The position numbers and the translations under genes are program-made. Of a DNA stretch of 64,000 bases, positions 48,553 through 58,642 are shown one piece after another. Where the stretch lies: contig CALSNU010000006.1 in NCBI GenBank assembly GCA_943787795.1, forward strand, positions 224,001 through 288,000, written 5' to 3'. How positions within the stretch are numbered: the stretch's first letter is position 1; every line of letters starts with the position of its first letter. The notes beneath the pieces are model-generated. The model was not told the origin of the DNA. It searched no databases and saw nothing but the letters and a program-made list of their open reading frames with translations. Source of the DNA: an uncultured bacterium. Lineage in GTDB: Bacteria > Planctomycetota > UBA1135 > GCA-002686595.

Positions 48553-51500
48553 CGGGCCTGCCCCCTCTTCTTCTTCGGCGGCGTCCCCGCCGTCTGCTGC
48601 CCCGCCGCTCGCTGCCCCGCGGGCGCGGTCTTCACGCTGGCCTTGACCTTCGTCTTGCGAGGTTGAGATCGCTTCTTGCCGGATGCGCCCTTGGCCACGC
48701 GGCGTCTTCCGGAGCCAGCCCCCGCGGCCCGCACCAGCCAGCGACCCGTCACCGAGGCCTTGTCTCCCGCGAGCTCCGCGGGGGTCCCTGAGGCAATGAT
48801 CTGACCGCCGGCCTCACCGCCCTCCGGGCCCAGTTCCACCAGTCGGTCGCAGATCTCCAGGAGCTCGGTGTGATGCTCGATGACGACCACGGCGTTGCCC
48901 CTTCGAACGAGCCGTCCAAGACAGCGCGCGAGGTGTTCGACATCCGTGGCGGCCAAGCCCGTGCTCGGCTCGTCGAGCACCAGCACGCTGCGCTGCGCGA
49001 CCCCGGAGGGAGAGTCCGCCCGCCACAGCTCCGAGGCGAGCTTGATGCGCTGGGCCTCGCCCCCGGAGAGGGTGGTCGAGGATTGGCCGAGCGACATGTA
49101 CCCCAGGCCGACGTCATGCAGCGTGGCGAGGATCCGCCGCGGCGCGGGGGCGGCCCCGAAGAATTCGAGGGCCTCGTCCACGCTCATGGCGAGCACATCC
49201 GCGATGGACTTGCCGCGGTAGCGCACCTCGAGGACCTCGGGCTGATAGCGAGACCCATCGCACTCTTCACAGGTGAGCCAGAGGTCCGAGAGGAACTGCA
49301 TCTCCACCAGGGTGGACCCGCGCCCGTCGCATCCAGCGCAGCGCCCCTTGGTGGAATTGAACGAGAAGTTCGAGGGCGTGAAGCCCTTCATCCGAGACTC
49401 GGGCGTCTTGGCGAACAGCTCCCGCAGATGCGGCATCAGCTCGACGTAGGTCGCCGGAACGCTGTGGGGCGTTCGCCCGATGGGCGTGGCGTCGACCACC
49501 GCGAGCCGCGTCCCTTCGGGCACCTTCGCGCTCTTCCACCGACCCGCAGCCGACTCCCCGCGTATCGCCGGGACGAGGGCATCCAGGACGAGGGTGCTCT
49601 TACCGCTCCCCGAAGGCCCACAGACCCCGAGCAGTTCCCCGAAGCGAACCTCCAGGTCCACCCCTCTCAGATTGTGCTCGCGGGCCCCCTTCAGCTGAAC
49701 CGTGGCGTCGCCTGACCCGAAGGCGTCCACGAGCGCCTGCTGGCGCGCCGCCTCCAGCTCAGCGTCCTCGCCCGCAGCGTCCACGGCGAGAATCGCCGCG
49801 AGATCGACCTCGCCCCGCAGGTACCGTCCGGTCCCAGAGGTCGGGTGAGCCCGGATCTCCTCCGGCCCACCTGCGGCCACCACCTCGCCGCCGAGGACTC
49901 CCGCCCCCGGTCCCATGTCAACAATGTGGTCGGCCCGCCCCATCAGCTCGGCGTCGTGCTCCACCACCAGCACCGTGTTCCCCGCGTCGCGCAGGTCTTC
50001 CAACGCGCCGGCCAGCTGGTCGATATCCCGCGGGTGGAGGCCCACCGTCGGCTCATCGAGGACGTAGCACACCCCCACGAGCTCCGACCCGAGGCTCGCT
50101 GAGAGCCGGACGCGCCGCGCCTCTCCACCGGAGAGCGTCGAGGTTGAACGATCCAGGGACAGGTAACCCAGTCCGACGCGCTCCAGGAGCGCGAGCCGGG
50201 AGCGCAGCTCGCTGAGGACCTGGTCCATGGCGGACGCCACGTTCTTGCGGAGCTTCAGCGCGCCCAGCCAGAGAAGGGCCTCCTCGACGGTCATGCCGAG
50301 CACCTGCGGGATTCGCTTTCGGCCCACGAGCACGCTCCGGAAGGCTGGCGCCAGCCGCTCCCCGTGGCAGACCGGACAGGTCTGCCGGGTCATCACGCGC
50401 TCCAGAATCCCGGCCCACTCGGGGTCGTCCGTCTTGGCGTGCCAGGCGTCGATGTGTCCGCAGAGACCGCTCCACTCCGACGTGTACTCCTGGTCGAAGT
50501 CGAAGTTGCGCATCTGCTTGGAGACGTGCACCTCGTAGCTCCCCCGCGCCCCAGCGCCACGCAGCAGGAGCGCTTGGTGCTTGGCGCTGAGCTTCTCCAG
50601 GGGCTTGTCGAGGTTCACCCGATGCGACCGGGCGACGGTCCGAAGCAAGGTCTCGTAGTAGCCCTTGCCCTTGACCAGGTACCGGCCCAGCTTGCCACCT
50701 ATGGCCCCGTCGGTGAGAGGGCGCGTGGGGTCCGTGATGAGCTTCTCGGGGTCCGCCCGGAAGATCGACCCCAGACCGTCGCAGCTCTGGCAGGCCCCGA
50801 CGTGAGTGTTGAACGAGAAGTGACGTGGCTCGAGCTTGGCCCCGAGCTGGAAGCCGCAGGTGGTGCAGGCGCCGTGGGTGCTGTATTCGATCCGCGCTCC
50901 GCCCTTGACCAGCACGGACACACGGCCGTGGGACGCCGCTGCCGCCTGCTCCACGGCGTCCGCGATTCGAGCCCGTGCCGCGGTCGAGAAGCTCACGCGA
51001 TCGACCACGAGGTCCACCGCCTCGGCGTCATCAAAGGGGAGCGCCTCAGCGTCCAGGCGGTACTCCTCACCGTCGATCATCACCCTGACAAACCCGGCCG
51101 CCGTCCAGTTGGGCAGCAGGGCTCGCAGGCGCTCGGGCACGGACTCTGCGCTGTTGCCCAGCTTCACGGCGTGGCCGAGGACCGGCGCGAGGATCCATCC
51201 CTTGGGCTTCCCGTCCAGTTCGCCCGTGGTCTTGAGGATCTCACGCGTGACCTTGCCAGGGTCCGCAGGACGCAGGGGCTCGCCGTGCTCGGGGCACCGG
51301 GCTTCGCCAGCCCGGGCATAGAGCACCCGCAGTTGATCGTGGATCTCCGTCGTCGTGGCCACCGTGGACCGCGGATGCCCCCGCACCGTGGAGGCCTCCA
51401 CCGCGACAGAGGGGCCGAGGCCCTCGATACGCTCCACCGGCGGCTTGTCCTTGGTCCCCAGGAACTGTCGCGCGTAGGTGGAGAGGGACTCCACGAAGCG

Positions 51501-54500
51501 GCGCCGCCCCTCGGTGTAGATCGTGTCCAGCGCGAGGGAGGACTTCCCTGAGCCGGAAGGCCCTGTGATCACCGTGAGTGACCCGCGCGGAATAGCGACG
51601 TCCACGCCCTTCAGGTTGTGGGTCCTGGCGCCCTGGACGAGCAGCTCCGTCGGCTGGCGCACCCCGCGCGAGCGCGGCAGCGGGCGGGTCTTCAGGCGCC
51701 GACGGTCCGTGAGCTCACGCAGCGCCTCGCCCGTGGGCGTGTCCTGCACAGCGAGCTCCTCCGGGCTCCCGCATCCGAGCACCCGGCCGCCACCCTCGCC
51801 GCCCTCCGGGCCGAGATCCACCAGGTGATCCGCGGCCTGGATCAGCTCCAGGTTGTGCTCGATCACGAGCACCGTGTGCCCCTTGTCCACCAGGCGCTGC
51901 AAGGCGCCGACCAGCCGCCCGACGTCCTCCATGTGAAGCCCGGTCGTGGGCTCATCCAGGAGGAAGAGCGTGTGCCCGTTCGGCCGCCGCGACAGGTGTG
52001 TCACGAGCTTGATGCGCTGCGCCTCCCCACCCGAGAGCGTCGGCGAGGGCTGGCCGAGGGTCAGGTAGCCGAGCCCCACATCCATCATCAGGCCGAGGGG
52101 CCGGCGCAGCAGAGGGTGGTCCTCGAACAGCTCGTGTGCCTCCTCCACCGTCATGGCGAGCACGTCGGCGATCGACCGCTCGCGGTAGCGAACGTCGAGG
52201 GTCTCCTCCTGGAAGCGCCGCCCGCCGCACTCCTCACAGGGCACGGTGACCGGGCTCAGGAACTGCAGCTCCATCACCTTCACGCCCGCCCCGAGGCACT
52301 CCTCGCAGCGGCCGCCGGCCACGTTGAAGCTGAAGCGTGACTTGGTGTACCCCCGCATCTTCGCCTCCGCGAGGCTCGCGAAGAGCTCGCGGATCGGCCC
52401 CAGAATCTTGGTGTAGGTGGCCGGGTTCGATCGCGGCGTTCGCCCGATCGGCGACGCGGTGATCGAGATCATCTCATCGATGTGCTCGAGGCCGAACACG
52501 GCGTCATGGGGCCCGGGATCCGGCGTCTCCCGCTCGAGGTGCCGGAGCACGGCACGCTTGAGGGTACGCTCCACCAGCGTCGACTTGCCCGACCCCGAGA
52601 CGCCGGTCACGGCGGTCAATGTGCCCAGGGGAATGCGAGCGTCGACCCCCTTGAGGTTGAACGCGGAGGCGCCGCGGATCTCGAGGAACTCGCCGCTGCC
52701 GGAGCGCCGCTCCTCGGGCGCAGGGATCACAATCTCCCCGCGCAGCAGCCGGCCTGTCGGCGTGTCAACGCCGGACCTCGCGACCTCGGAGGGCGGTCCT
52801 GAGGCGACGATCTCCCCGCCGCGGCTGCCCGCCGAAGGTCCCACGTCGATGAGCCAATCTGCGCTCCTGAGGGTGGACTCGTCGTGCTCGACGATCACGA
52901 CGCTGTTCCCAGCGTCACGCAGGTTCGCGAGCGCCCCCAGCAGCCGGTCATGGTCCCTCGCGTGGAGGCCAATCGAGGGCTCATCCAGCACGTAGAGCAC
53001 CCCCTGGAGCCCCGCGCCAAGCTGCGCGGCGAGGCGGATTCGTTGCGCCTCCCCTCCGGAGAGCGTGTCCGCACCCCGGTCGAGCGTCAGGTACCCAAGC
53101 CCCACATCCACGAGGAACCGCACCCGCCGCTCGATCTCGAGCAGTAGGTCACGGGCGATGCGCCCCTGGCGCTGAGTCGTCTCCGCCGAGCCCAGGCGCT
53201 CCACGAGCTCTGAGACCGGTCCTGACGTCAGATCCGCGAAGCGCAGCCCGCCGAAGCGGACGTGCCGGGCGAAGAGGTTGATCCGTGAGCCGTCGCACTC
53301 CGTGCAGACCTGCTCGGACAGGAAGCGCTCCACCATCTTTCGGCGCGAGCCCTTCGCCAGGGCGCGCCGGAGGTTCCCCAGGACGCCGTGGAACACTCGG
53401 TTCCAGCTGCCCTTGCCACGCGAACGCTGACCGTTCCACTTGAACGCGTCCCGATAGCGCTTCTCCCCCGTGCCCTCGAGCACCGCCCTTCGCGCTCCTC
53501 GAGACATCTCGGCCCAGGGCGTGTCCAGGTCGAAGCCCGCCGACTCACCCACCCGCTCCAGGAACTCGAAGTCCACGTTTGGGAAGAGCAGCCCGTTCCC
53601 TGCGGCCTTGGTGACCGCGAGGGCTCCCTCTCGCAGGGTGAGTGCCGGGTCGCGGATCACCGCCGCCTCGGACGGCGCCTTCAGCACGCCGAGCCCACCG
53701 CACGCGCCGCATGCCCCGTGCGGTGAGTTGAAGGAGAACAGTCGGGGCTCAAGCTCAGGGAGCTCACGACCGGTCTCCGGGCAGACCCGCTGGGTGGACC
53801 AGGTGCGCTCTCCCTCCTCACCGATCGCAACCACCTCGCCGCCACCCAGGTCCAGCGCTTGCTCAACGGCGTCCCGCAGGCGACCGGGCTCGCCTGCGTC
53901 GGGCTTGAGCCGGTCCACAATGACCTCGACCGTGTGACGCTTGTAGCGCTCGAGCTCCGGCGCGTCCTCCAGTCGAACGATCTCTCCGTCCACCCGCGCG
54001 CGCACGAAGCCGCGGCGCTGGAGGTCCTGGAAGAGCGCGCGGAACGAACCTTTGCGGTCCTTGATCAGGGGCGCCGCCACGACGAGCTTGCGCCCTGCGT
54101 GGGCGGCGAGCAGCTCCTGGACCACCGCCTCTGGTGTCCGGGACTCCACCGGCAGATCGCACCAGGGGCTGTGCGCGACTCCGGCCCGTGCGTAGAGGAC
54201 TCGGAGGTGATCCACGACCTCCGTCAGCGTCCCGACGGTGGAGCGATTGCCACGGGCGATGCTCTTCTGATCCACGGCGATGGCCGGGGAGAGCCCCTCG
54301 ATCGAGTCCACGTCCGGCTTCTGCAAGCCGCCGAGGAACTGGCGGGCATAGGCGGAGAGCGTCTCGAGGAAGCGCCGCTGCCCCTCGCGGAAGAGCGTGT
54401 CGAAGGCGAGGGAGGACTTGCCGGAACCGGACACGCCGGTCACGGCGACGAGGGCCCCCCGAGGCAGCGTCACGTCCACCGAGCGCAGGTTGTTCTGCCT

Positions 54501-54569
54501 CGCGCCCCGGATCACGATCTCGCCCGCGTCGGACCCGGAAGTCGTGGGAGCTGCGGGTCGAGAAGGCAT
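48549..54569 (-). CDS. uvrA: Double-length excinuclease ABC subunit A (two fused UvrA units)
   Basis: Four Walker A (GxSGSGKS), four LSGGEA signatures, four LDEP Walker B, repeated FSFN and Zn-finger motifs. Confidence 0.95.
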   Translation of the reverse strand: MPSRPAAPTTSGSDAGEIVIRGARQNNLRSVDVTLPRGALVAVTGVSGSGKSSLAFDTLFREGQRRFLETLSAYARQFLGGLQKPDVDSIEGLSPAIAVDQKSIARGNRSTVGTLTEVVDHLRVLYARAGVAHSPWCDLPVESRTPEAVVQELLAAHAGRKLVVAAPLIKDRKGSFRALFQDLQRRGFVRARVDGEIVRLEDAPELERYKRHTVEVIVDRLKPDAGEPGRLRDAVEQALDLGGGEVVAIGEEGERTWSTQRVCPETGRELPELEPRLFSFNSPHGACGACGGLGVLKAPSEAAVIRDPALTLREGALAVTKAAGNGLLFPNVDFEFLERVGESAGFDLDTPWAEMSRGARRAVLEGTGEKRYRDAFKWNGQRSRGKGSWNRVFHGVLGNLRRALAKGSRRKMVERFLSEQVCTECDGSRINLFARHVRFGGLRFADLTSGPVSELVERLGSAETTQRQGRIARDLLLEIERRVRFLVDVGLGYLTLDRGADTLSGGEAQRIRLAAQLGAGLQGVLYVLDEPSIGLHARDHDRLLGALANLRDAGNSVVIVEHDESTLRSADWLIDVGPSAGSRGGEIVASGPPSEVARSGVDTPTGRLLRGEIVIPAPEERRSGSGEFLEIRGASAFNLKGVDARIPLGTLTAVTGVSGSGKSTLVERTLKRAVLRHLERETPDPGPHDAVFGLEHIDEMISITASPIGRTPRSNPATYTKILGPIRELFASLAEAKMRGYTKSRFSFNVAGGRCEECLGAGVKVMELQFLSPVTVPCEECGGRRFQEETLDVRYRERSIADVLAMTVEEAHELFEDHPLLRRPLGLMMDVGLGYLTLGQPSPTLSGGEAQRIKLVTHLSRRPNGHTLFLLDEPTTGLHMEDVGRLVGALQRLVDKGHTVLVIEHNLELIQAADHLVDLGPEGGEGGGRVLGCGSPEELAVQDTPTGEALRELTDRRRLKTRPLPRSRGVRQPTELLVQGARTHNLKGVDVAIPRGSLTVITGPSGSGKSSLALDTIYTEGRRRFVESLSTYARQFLGTKDKPPVERIEGLGPSVAVEASTVRGHPRSTVATTTEIHDQLRVLYARAGEARCPEHGEPLRPADPGKVTREILKTTGELDGKPKGWILAPVLGHAVKLGNSAESVPERLRALLPNWTAAGFVRVMIDGEEYRLDAEALPFDDAEAVDLVVDRVSFSTAARARIADAVEQAAAASHGRVSVLVKGGARIEYSTHGACTTCGFQLGAKLEPRHFSFNTHVGACQSCDGLGSIFRADPEKLITDPTRPLTDGAIGGKLGRYLVKGKGYYETLLRTVARSHRVNLDKPLEKLSAKHQALLLRGAGARGSYEVHVSKQMRNFDFDQEYTSEWSGLCGHIDAWHAKTDDPEWAGILERVMTRQTCPVCHGERLAPAFRSVLVGRKRIPQVLGMTVEEALLWLGALKLRKNVASAMDQVLSELRSRLALLERVGLGYLSLDRSTSTLSGGEARRVRLSASLGSELVGVCYVLDEPTVGLHPRDIDQLAGALEDLRDAGNTVLVVEHDAELMGRADHIVDMGPGAGVLGGEVVAAGGPEEIRAHPTSGTGRYLRGEVDLAAILAVDAAGEDAELEAARQQALVDAFGSGDATVQLKGAREHNLRGVDLEVRFGELLGVCGPSGSGKSTLVLDALVPAIRGESAAGRWKSAKVPEGTRLAVVDATPIGRTPHSVPATYVELMPHLRELFAKTPESRMKGFTPSNFSFNSTKGRCAGCDGRGSTLVEMQFLSDLWLTCEECDGSRYQPEVLEVRYRGKSIADVLAMSVDEALEFFGAAPAPRRILATLHDVGLGYMSLGQSSTTLSGGEAQRIKLASELWRADSPSGVAQRSVLVLDEPSTGLAATDVEHLARCLGRLVRRGNAVVVIEHHTELLEICDRLVELGPEGGEAGGQIIASGTPAELAGDKASVTGRWLVRAAGAGSGRRRVAKGASGKKRSQPRKTKVKASVKTAPAGQRAAGQQTAGTPPKKKRGQAR

Positions 54570-54807
54570 CGGGTCGTGGGCGTGCTGGGTGGAAGCGCGA
54601 GGCAGCGCGCAGGTCGTAAGGGCGCGCCCCGCCGACTTGTCGACGAGGGAGGGGCCCCGGAGACTTGCCTCGGGCGTACTGAAGCCGATCAGGATACCAG
54701 CCGGCGTCGTGGGCACCAGCCGCCCGAGGCCGGCGAAATGCCGCAGCAGCCCCCTCAGCCGACCCTGCAGCCGACCCTGCCCGACTCAGCCCCACCCCGC
54801 AGGGAAC

Positions 54808-54853
54808 AAAATGGACGGGTCCCGGCCCCTTCTTGGGAACCCGGACCCGTCCA
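54808..54853 (-). terminator. Probable intrinsic terminator after ahpC
   Basis: Minus strand TGGACGGGTCC..GGACCCGTCCA-TTTT hairpin. Confidence 0.7.
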
Positions 54854-54899
54854 CCGGGTCAAATCGGCCCCTGGTGGGTCCGATGGGCCTCTCCTTCGC

Positions 54900-55499
54900 T
54901 CAGAGGGAGGAGGCGTGCTCCTGGAGGTAAGACTTGACGCCTTCGGGGGTCGCCTGCATGCCGGCCTTACCGGGCTGCCAGTTGGCGGGGCAGACCTCGC
55001 CGTTCTCCTCGTGGAACTGAAGCGCGTCCACCATGCGGACGAGCTCGTCCATGCTGCGGCCGAGGGGCAGGTTGTTGTGGGTGGCGCTCTGGACGACCCC
55101 GTCCTTGTCGATCAGGAAGGTCGCGCGGTAGCTGAAGCCAGAGGCCTCGTGCACGACGTCGTAGGCATCGGAGACCTTCTTGGCGTCGTCCGCGATGAGG
55201 GCGTACTGGAGCGCACCGATACCGCCGTCGTCGATGGCGGTCTCGCGCCACTTCGCGTGGGTCTCGGCGTCGTCCATGCTGACGCCGAGGATGACCGTGT
55301 TCTTGTCCGCGAGCTCGGCGCACTTGTGATCAAGGGCGATGAGCTCCGAGGGGCAGACGAAGGTGAAGTCCTTCGGATAGAAGACCAGCGCGACGTACTT
55401 GCCGGCGTAGTCGGAGAGGCTGATCTCCTTGGTGGTGCCGTCGGGCATGACGGCGGGCGCGGTGAACGCAGGAGCTTTCTGGTTGATGAGCGAAGCCAT
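54900..55499 (-). CDS. ahpC: 2-Cys peroxiredoxin (AhpC/Prx1)
   Basis: FYPKDFTFVCPSE and GEVCPANW. Confidence 0.96.
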   Translation of the reverse strand: MASLINQKAPAFTAPAVMPDGTTKEISLSDYAGKYVALVFYPKDFTFVCPSELIALDHKCAELADKNTVILGVSMDDAETHAKWRETAIDDGGIGALQYALIADDAKKVSDAYDVVHEASGFSYRATFLIDKDGVVQSATHNNLPLGRSMDELVRMVDALQFHEENGEVCPANWQPGKAGMQATPEGVKSYLQEHASSL

Positions 55500-55675
55500 G
55501 ACTTGTGTCTGGGTTGGAGCGAAGGGCCTCCTCCGGACAGGGCGCCGAAGGGTCCCCGCGGAAGGACGAGGCGAAGTATTCTGCGGCAGGAGGACCCCGG
55601 CTCAAGGCTCAGGGACCGGGAATGTCCCCGGCGAGAGCCGCTGGTTATCGCTGTCATGGGCGCGAGGCCCGGTCC

Positions 55676-56611
55676 TCAGCCCTCCAGGCGGGACCCCATC
55701 GGCTCCCACAGCCCCGGCGCGCAGGCGAGGATCTCCCCTCCCCGAAGCCAGCGCTCACCGCCGCTGAAGTCCCGCACCACGCCCCCGGCCTCCCGGACCA
55801 GCAGCGCGCCCGCGGCCACGTCAAAGGGCGAGAGGTGCAGCTCCCAGAACCCATCCAGCCGTCCCGCCGCGACGTACGCCAGGTCAAGCGCGGCCGAGCC
55901 CAGCCGCCGCAGCCCACGGACGTCGTAGAAGAAGCGGCCGAAGTTCTCGAGATTCGAATTGGCGAGCTCGCCGCGGCGGTACGGGAACCCCGTGGCCAGG
56001 ATGGCCTCGGAGAGGTCCGTCGTGGCGCTGACCGAGAGGCGCGCGGGCCCTCCGGCCCCCTCTAGCAGCCACGCGCCCGCGCCCTGTGCCGCAACAAAGG
56101 TCTCCCCAAGCCGCGGCGCATGCACGACCCCAAAGATCGGGACCGCCCCGCGATAGAGCGCGAGGGAGACGCTGAACATCGGGATGCCGTGGACGAAGTT
56201 CACCGTGCCGTCCAGGGGATCCAGAAACCATCGGAGCCCCTCAGACGCCTCGTCGGAGGTCTCCTCCTCCGCCTCGATCGCGGCCCCGTCGTCCAGGGCT
56301 CGAAGACGCTCCACCACCAGGCGCTCCGCGCCGAGGTCCGCGGCCGTCACAAGATCTCTCCTGGACGACTTCCTCCCCACCTCAGCCCCGGGGATCTGAC
56401 CGAGCAGGTCCAGGTGGAGCTCCCCGGCGGCGAGCACGGCGGCCACCGCCGCCTCGACGGACTGCCGAGAAATGGGAGCAGCAGCGGAGCCCGCCGAGTC
56501 GCAAGGGGCCGCAGCTGAACCCGCTGAAGCACCCCCCTGGGAGGTCTGCTCCGTCCCCTCGGGGCCGCCCAGGGCGGCCCAGGCTGCCCGCGGGAGGTCG
56601 CCGCCGCGCAT
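55676..56611 (-). CDS. suhB: Inositol monophosphatase family protein
   Basis: DLVTAAD, AEEE, LDPLDGTVNF, RRLGSAALDLAYVAAGR, DVAAGALLVREAGG. Confidence 0.9.
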   Translation of the reverse strand: MRGGDLPRAAWAALGGPEGTEQTSQGGASAGSAAAPCDSAGSAAAPISRQSVEAAVAAVLAAGELHLDLLGQIPGAEVGRKSSRRDLVTAADLGAERLVVERLRALDDGAAIEAEEETSDEASEGLRWFLDPLDGTVNFVHGIPMFSVSLALYRGAVPIFGVVHAPRLGETFVAAQGAGAWLLEGAGGPARLSVSATTDLSEAILATGFPYRRGELANSNLENFGRFFYDVRGLRRLGSAALDLAYVAAGRLDGFWELHLSPFDVAAGALLVREAGGVVRDFSGGERWLRGGEILACAPGLWEPMGSRLEG

Positions 56612-58389
56612 CACTTCCTCTCTCCCCCGCCCTTCCAGCCGGCGAACGCGACACAGATATCGTCCTGCATGGGCTTCCACGCCGCGGTGTTCACGCCGTC
56701 CACGAGGGGATAGCCCACGAGAATCGAGAAGACCACCTCGGCGCCCCCCACGGTCTCCGCCACGCCGGAGAGCCCACTGGCCCCCTTCACCCAGCCGGTC
56801 TTGGCCCGCACCCGCCCCTCCGCGACCGTCCCGCGCATGCGGCTGACCAGCTTCCCAGAGCGGCCGGCCACTGGCAGCGAGTTGAGGATCGCTCCGCGCA
56901 TCTCTCCCCCCTGGTGGATCACCGCCGCCACCAGCGCCGACAGCTGCTGGGTCGTGGCACGGTTCGCCTTGGACAGTCCCGAACCGTCCACCTGCACCAG
57001 CGGCCGCACGTTGAGCCCCAGCCGCTGCAGCGCCTCGCGCACCGCCTTCGCCCCAGCCTCCCGGGTACCTGCGCCGCTCACGGACGCCCCGGTCGCGAGG
57101 AAGAGCTGATCGGCCACGGCATTGTTCGAGTCGAGCAGGATGGCCTCCATGACCGACGAGATCGGCGTTCGTATGGTGTGCACGAGCCGAGCGCCCTCAA
57201 CGGACACTCCCTCCGCTCGCCGGAACCCGCCCGAGACCTCGATCCCGCGGCGGGCGAGGCCTCCCACCAGCGCGTGGCCGAAGAGCTCCACCGGGTCGGG
57301 GTGACTGAATTCGGCCGTGTACGGTCGCGCGTCGGCGCGGATCTTGCCCCTCACGGTGACACCGCTCGCGTTGGCTCCGACGTTGACGACCACGCGCTTC
57401 CCAGAGGTCTGAACGGTCCCCTTGCGCGTCAGGCCGTGATCGCGGGGCCTGAGCACAACGCTGGCCCGCTCTCCCTCACTGGTGGGGGTCACCGTCGCAC
57501 GAAAGCACCCGCCGTTGGCCGTGAAGCCTGCCGCGAGGGCGCAATAATCTCGCCAGTACTGCTCCTTCGCAGGCCACCTGGGGCCCGGACCAGGCTTCAG
57601 CCAGCCGCCCTCGTCCAGCACAAGCGCCCCGGCCACGCGCTGGATCCCTGCCCCGATCAGCGCTTCCGCGAGGGGGTCCAGCCATGGGTCGAGCGCCCCG
57701 TCCCCGTCCCGTCGGTGAAGGGGATCGCCCCCCGCCACTACCACGAGGTCCCCCTCCAGCACGCCGCCCCCGATCTCCCCGACCGCAAGAAATGGGGTCA
57801 CGAACGCGCCATCGGCGCCAAGCACCGCGAGCCCAGCCGCGGCGGTCATGAGCTTGAGGTTGGAGGCCGGGACCAGCGGGTGCTCGGCGAGTCGCTGCAC
57901 GAGGATCCTGCCCGTACTCGCGTCGATCGCCATGACCGACACCGTCGTATTCGCCCCGTGCACCTTGCCCTTGGTGGCCTTTCGCGCCCGGTCGAGGGCC
58001 TTGGCAACAGCACTCTCCACCGCGCGAGTCAGCCCATCATCAAGCGCAACGGCGTCGTCTCCAGCTTGGTCCCCAGCTTGACCGCCGCCGGCTTCGTCCG
58101 CCGTGGGCGACTCCGCGAAGCGCCCGACGGCCTCACCGCCCAGCTCCGGGGCAGGCGTCCGCGAGGGGTCGGCGCTGCTCCCCGTTCCTGGGGTCCCGGC
58201 TTCCCGGCTCGGGCCCTCCGCGTCCAGGGGCGGTCGCGGAGTGAGCGTGTCGAAGGAGACCGGATCCAGGTCGCCCAGATTCCCCCCTCCGGTGGCGGCA
58301 GGGTCCGGAGTCGGTGCAGTACCGGGCGACTGGTCTGCGCAACCACAGAGGGCCAGCGACGCAGCGAGGAACAGGTCATGAAGGCGCAT
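56611..58389 (-). CDS. dacB: D-Ala-D-Ala carboxypeptidase/endopeptidase (PBP4, peptidase S13), lipoprotein
   Basis: PASNLK (SxxK), SNN (SxN), DGSGLS, KTG; lipobox LCGC. Confidence 0.92.
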   Translation of the reverse strand: MRLHDLFLAASLALCGCADQSPGTAPTPDPAATGGGNLGDLDPVSFDTLTPRPPLDAEGPSREAGTPGTGSSADPSRTPAPELGGEAVGRFAESPTADEAGGGQAGDQAGDDAVALDDGLTRAVESAVAKALDRARKATKGKVHGANTTVSVMAIDASTGRILVQRLAEHPLVPASNLKLMTAAAGLAVLGADGAFVTPFLAVGEIGGGVLEGDLVVVAGGDPLHRRDGDGALDPWLDPLAEALIGAGIQRVAGALVLDEGGWLKPGPGPRWPAKEQYWRDYCALAAGFTANGGCFRATVTPTSEGERASVVLRPRDHGLTRKGTVQTSGKRVVVNVGANASGVTVRGKIRADARPYTAEFSHPDPVELFGHALVGGLARRGIEVSGGFRRAEGVSVEGARLVHTIRTPISSVMEAILLDSNNAVADQLFLATGASVSGAGTREAGAKAVREALQRLGLNVRPLVQVDGSGLSKANRATTQQLSALVAAVIHQGGEMRGAILNSLPVAGRSGKLVSRMRGTVAEGRVRAKTGWVKGASGLSGVAETVGGAEVVFSILVGYPLVDGVNTAAWKPMQDDICVAFAGWKGGGERK

Positions 58390-58642
58390 CGGGCGCGCAG
58401 TGTGCCGAACCTCGCCCCGGGAGTCGCCCATCAAGCGCCGTGGGGCATCAGCTCGGACCAATCTCCCGATGGGCTGGGAGCCTCAGCGGCATCGTTTCAG
58501 CCACCTGGTCACGGCCAAGTGATCCAGCCACGTCGCCCCAGCGACAGAGACTCCAGCCGCAGAGGCTCAATCCTCCAGGCCCGTCGCCGGCAGGGGCCCG
58601 CGACGGCTGGGGAGGTGACCTTCAAAGGAAGCCCCGCAGCCA

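Noticed and set aside
48560..48590. PPKKKR resembling an SV40-type nuclear localisation signal
   Set aside because: A short match inside a low-complexity basic tail; chance is sufficient.
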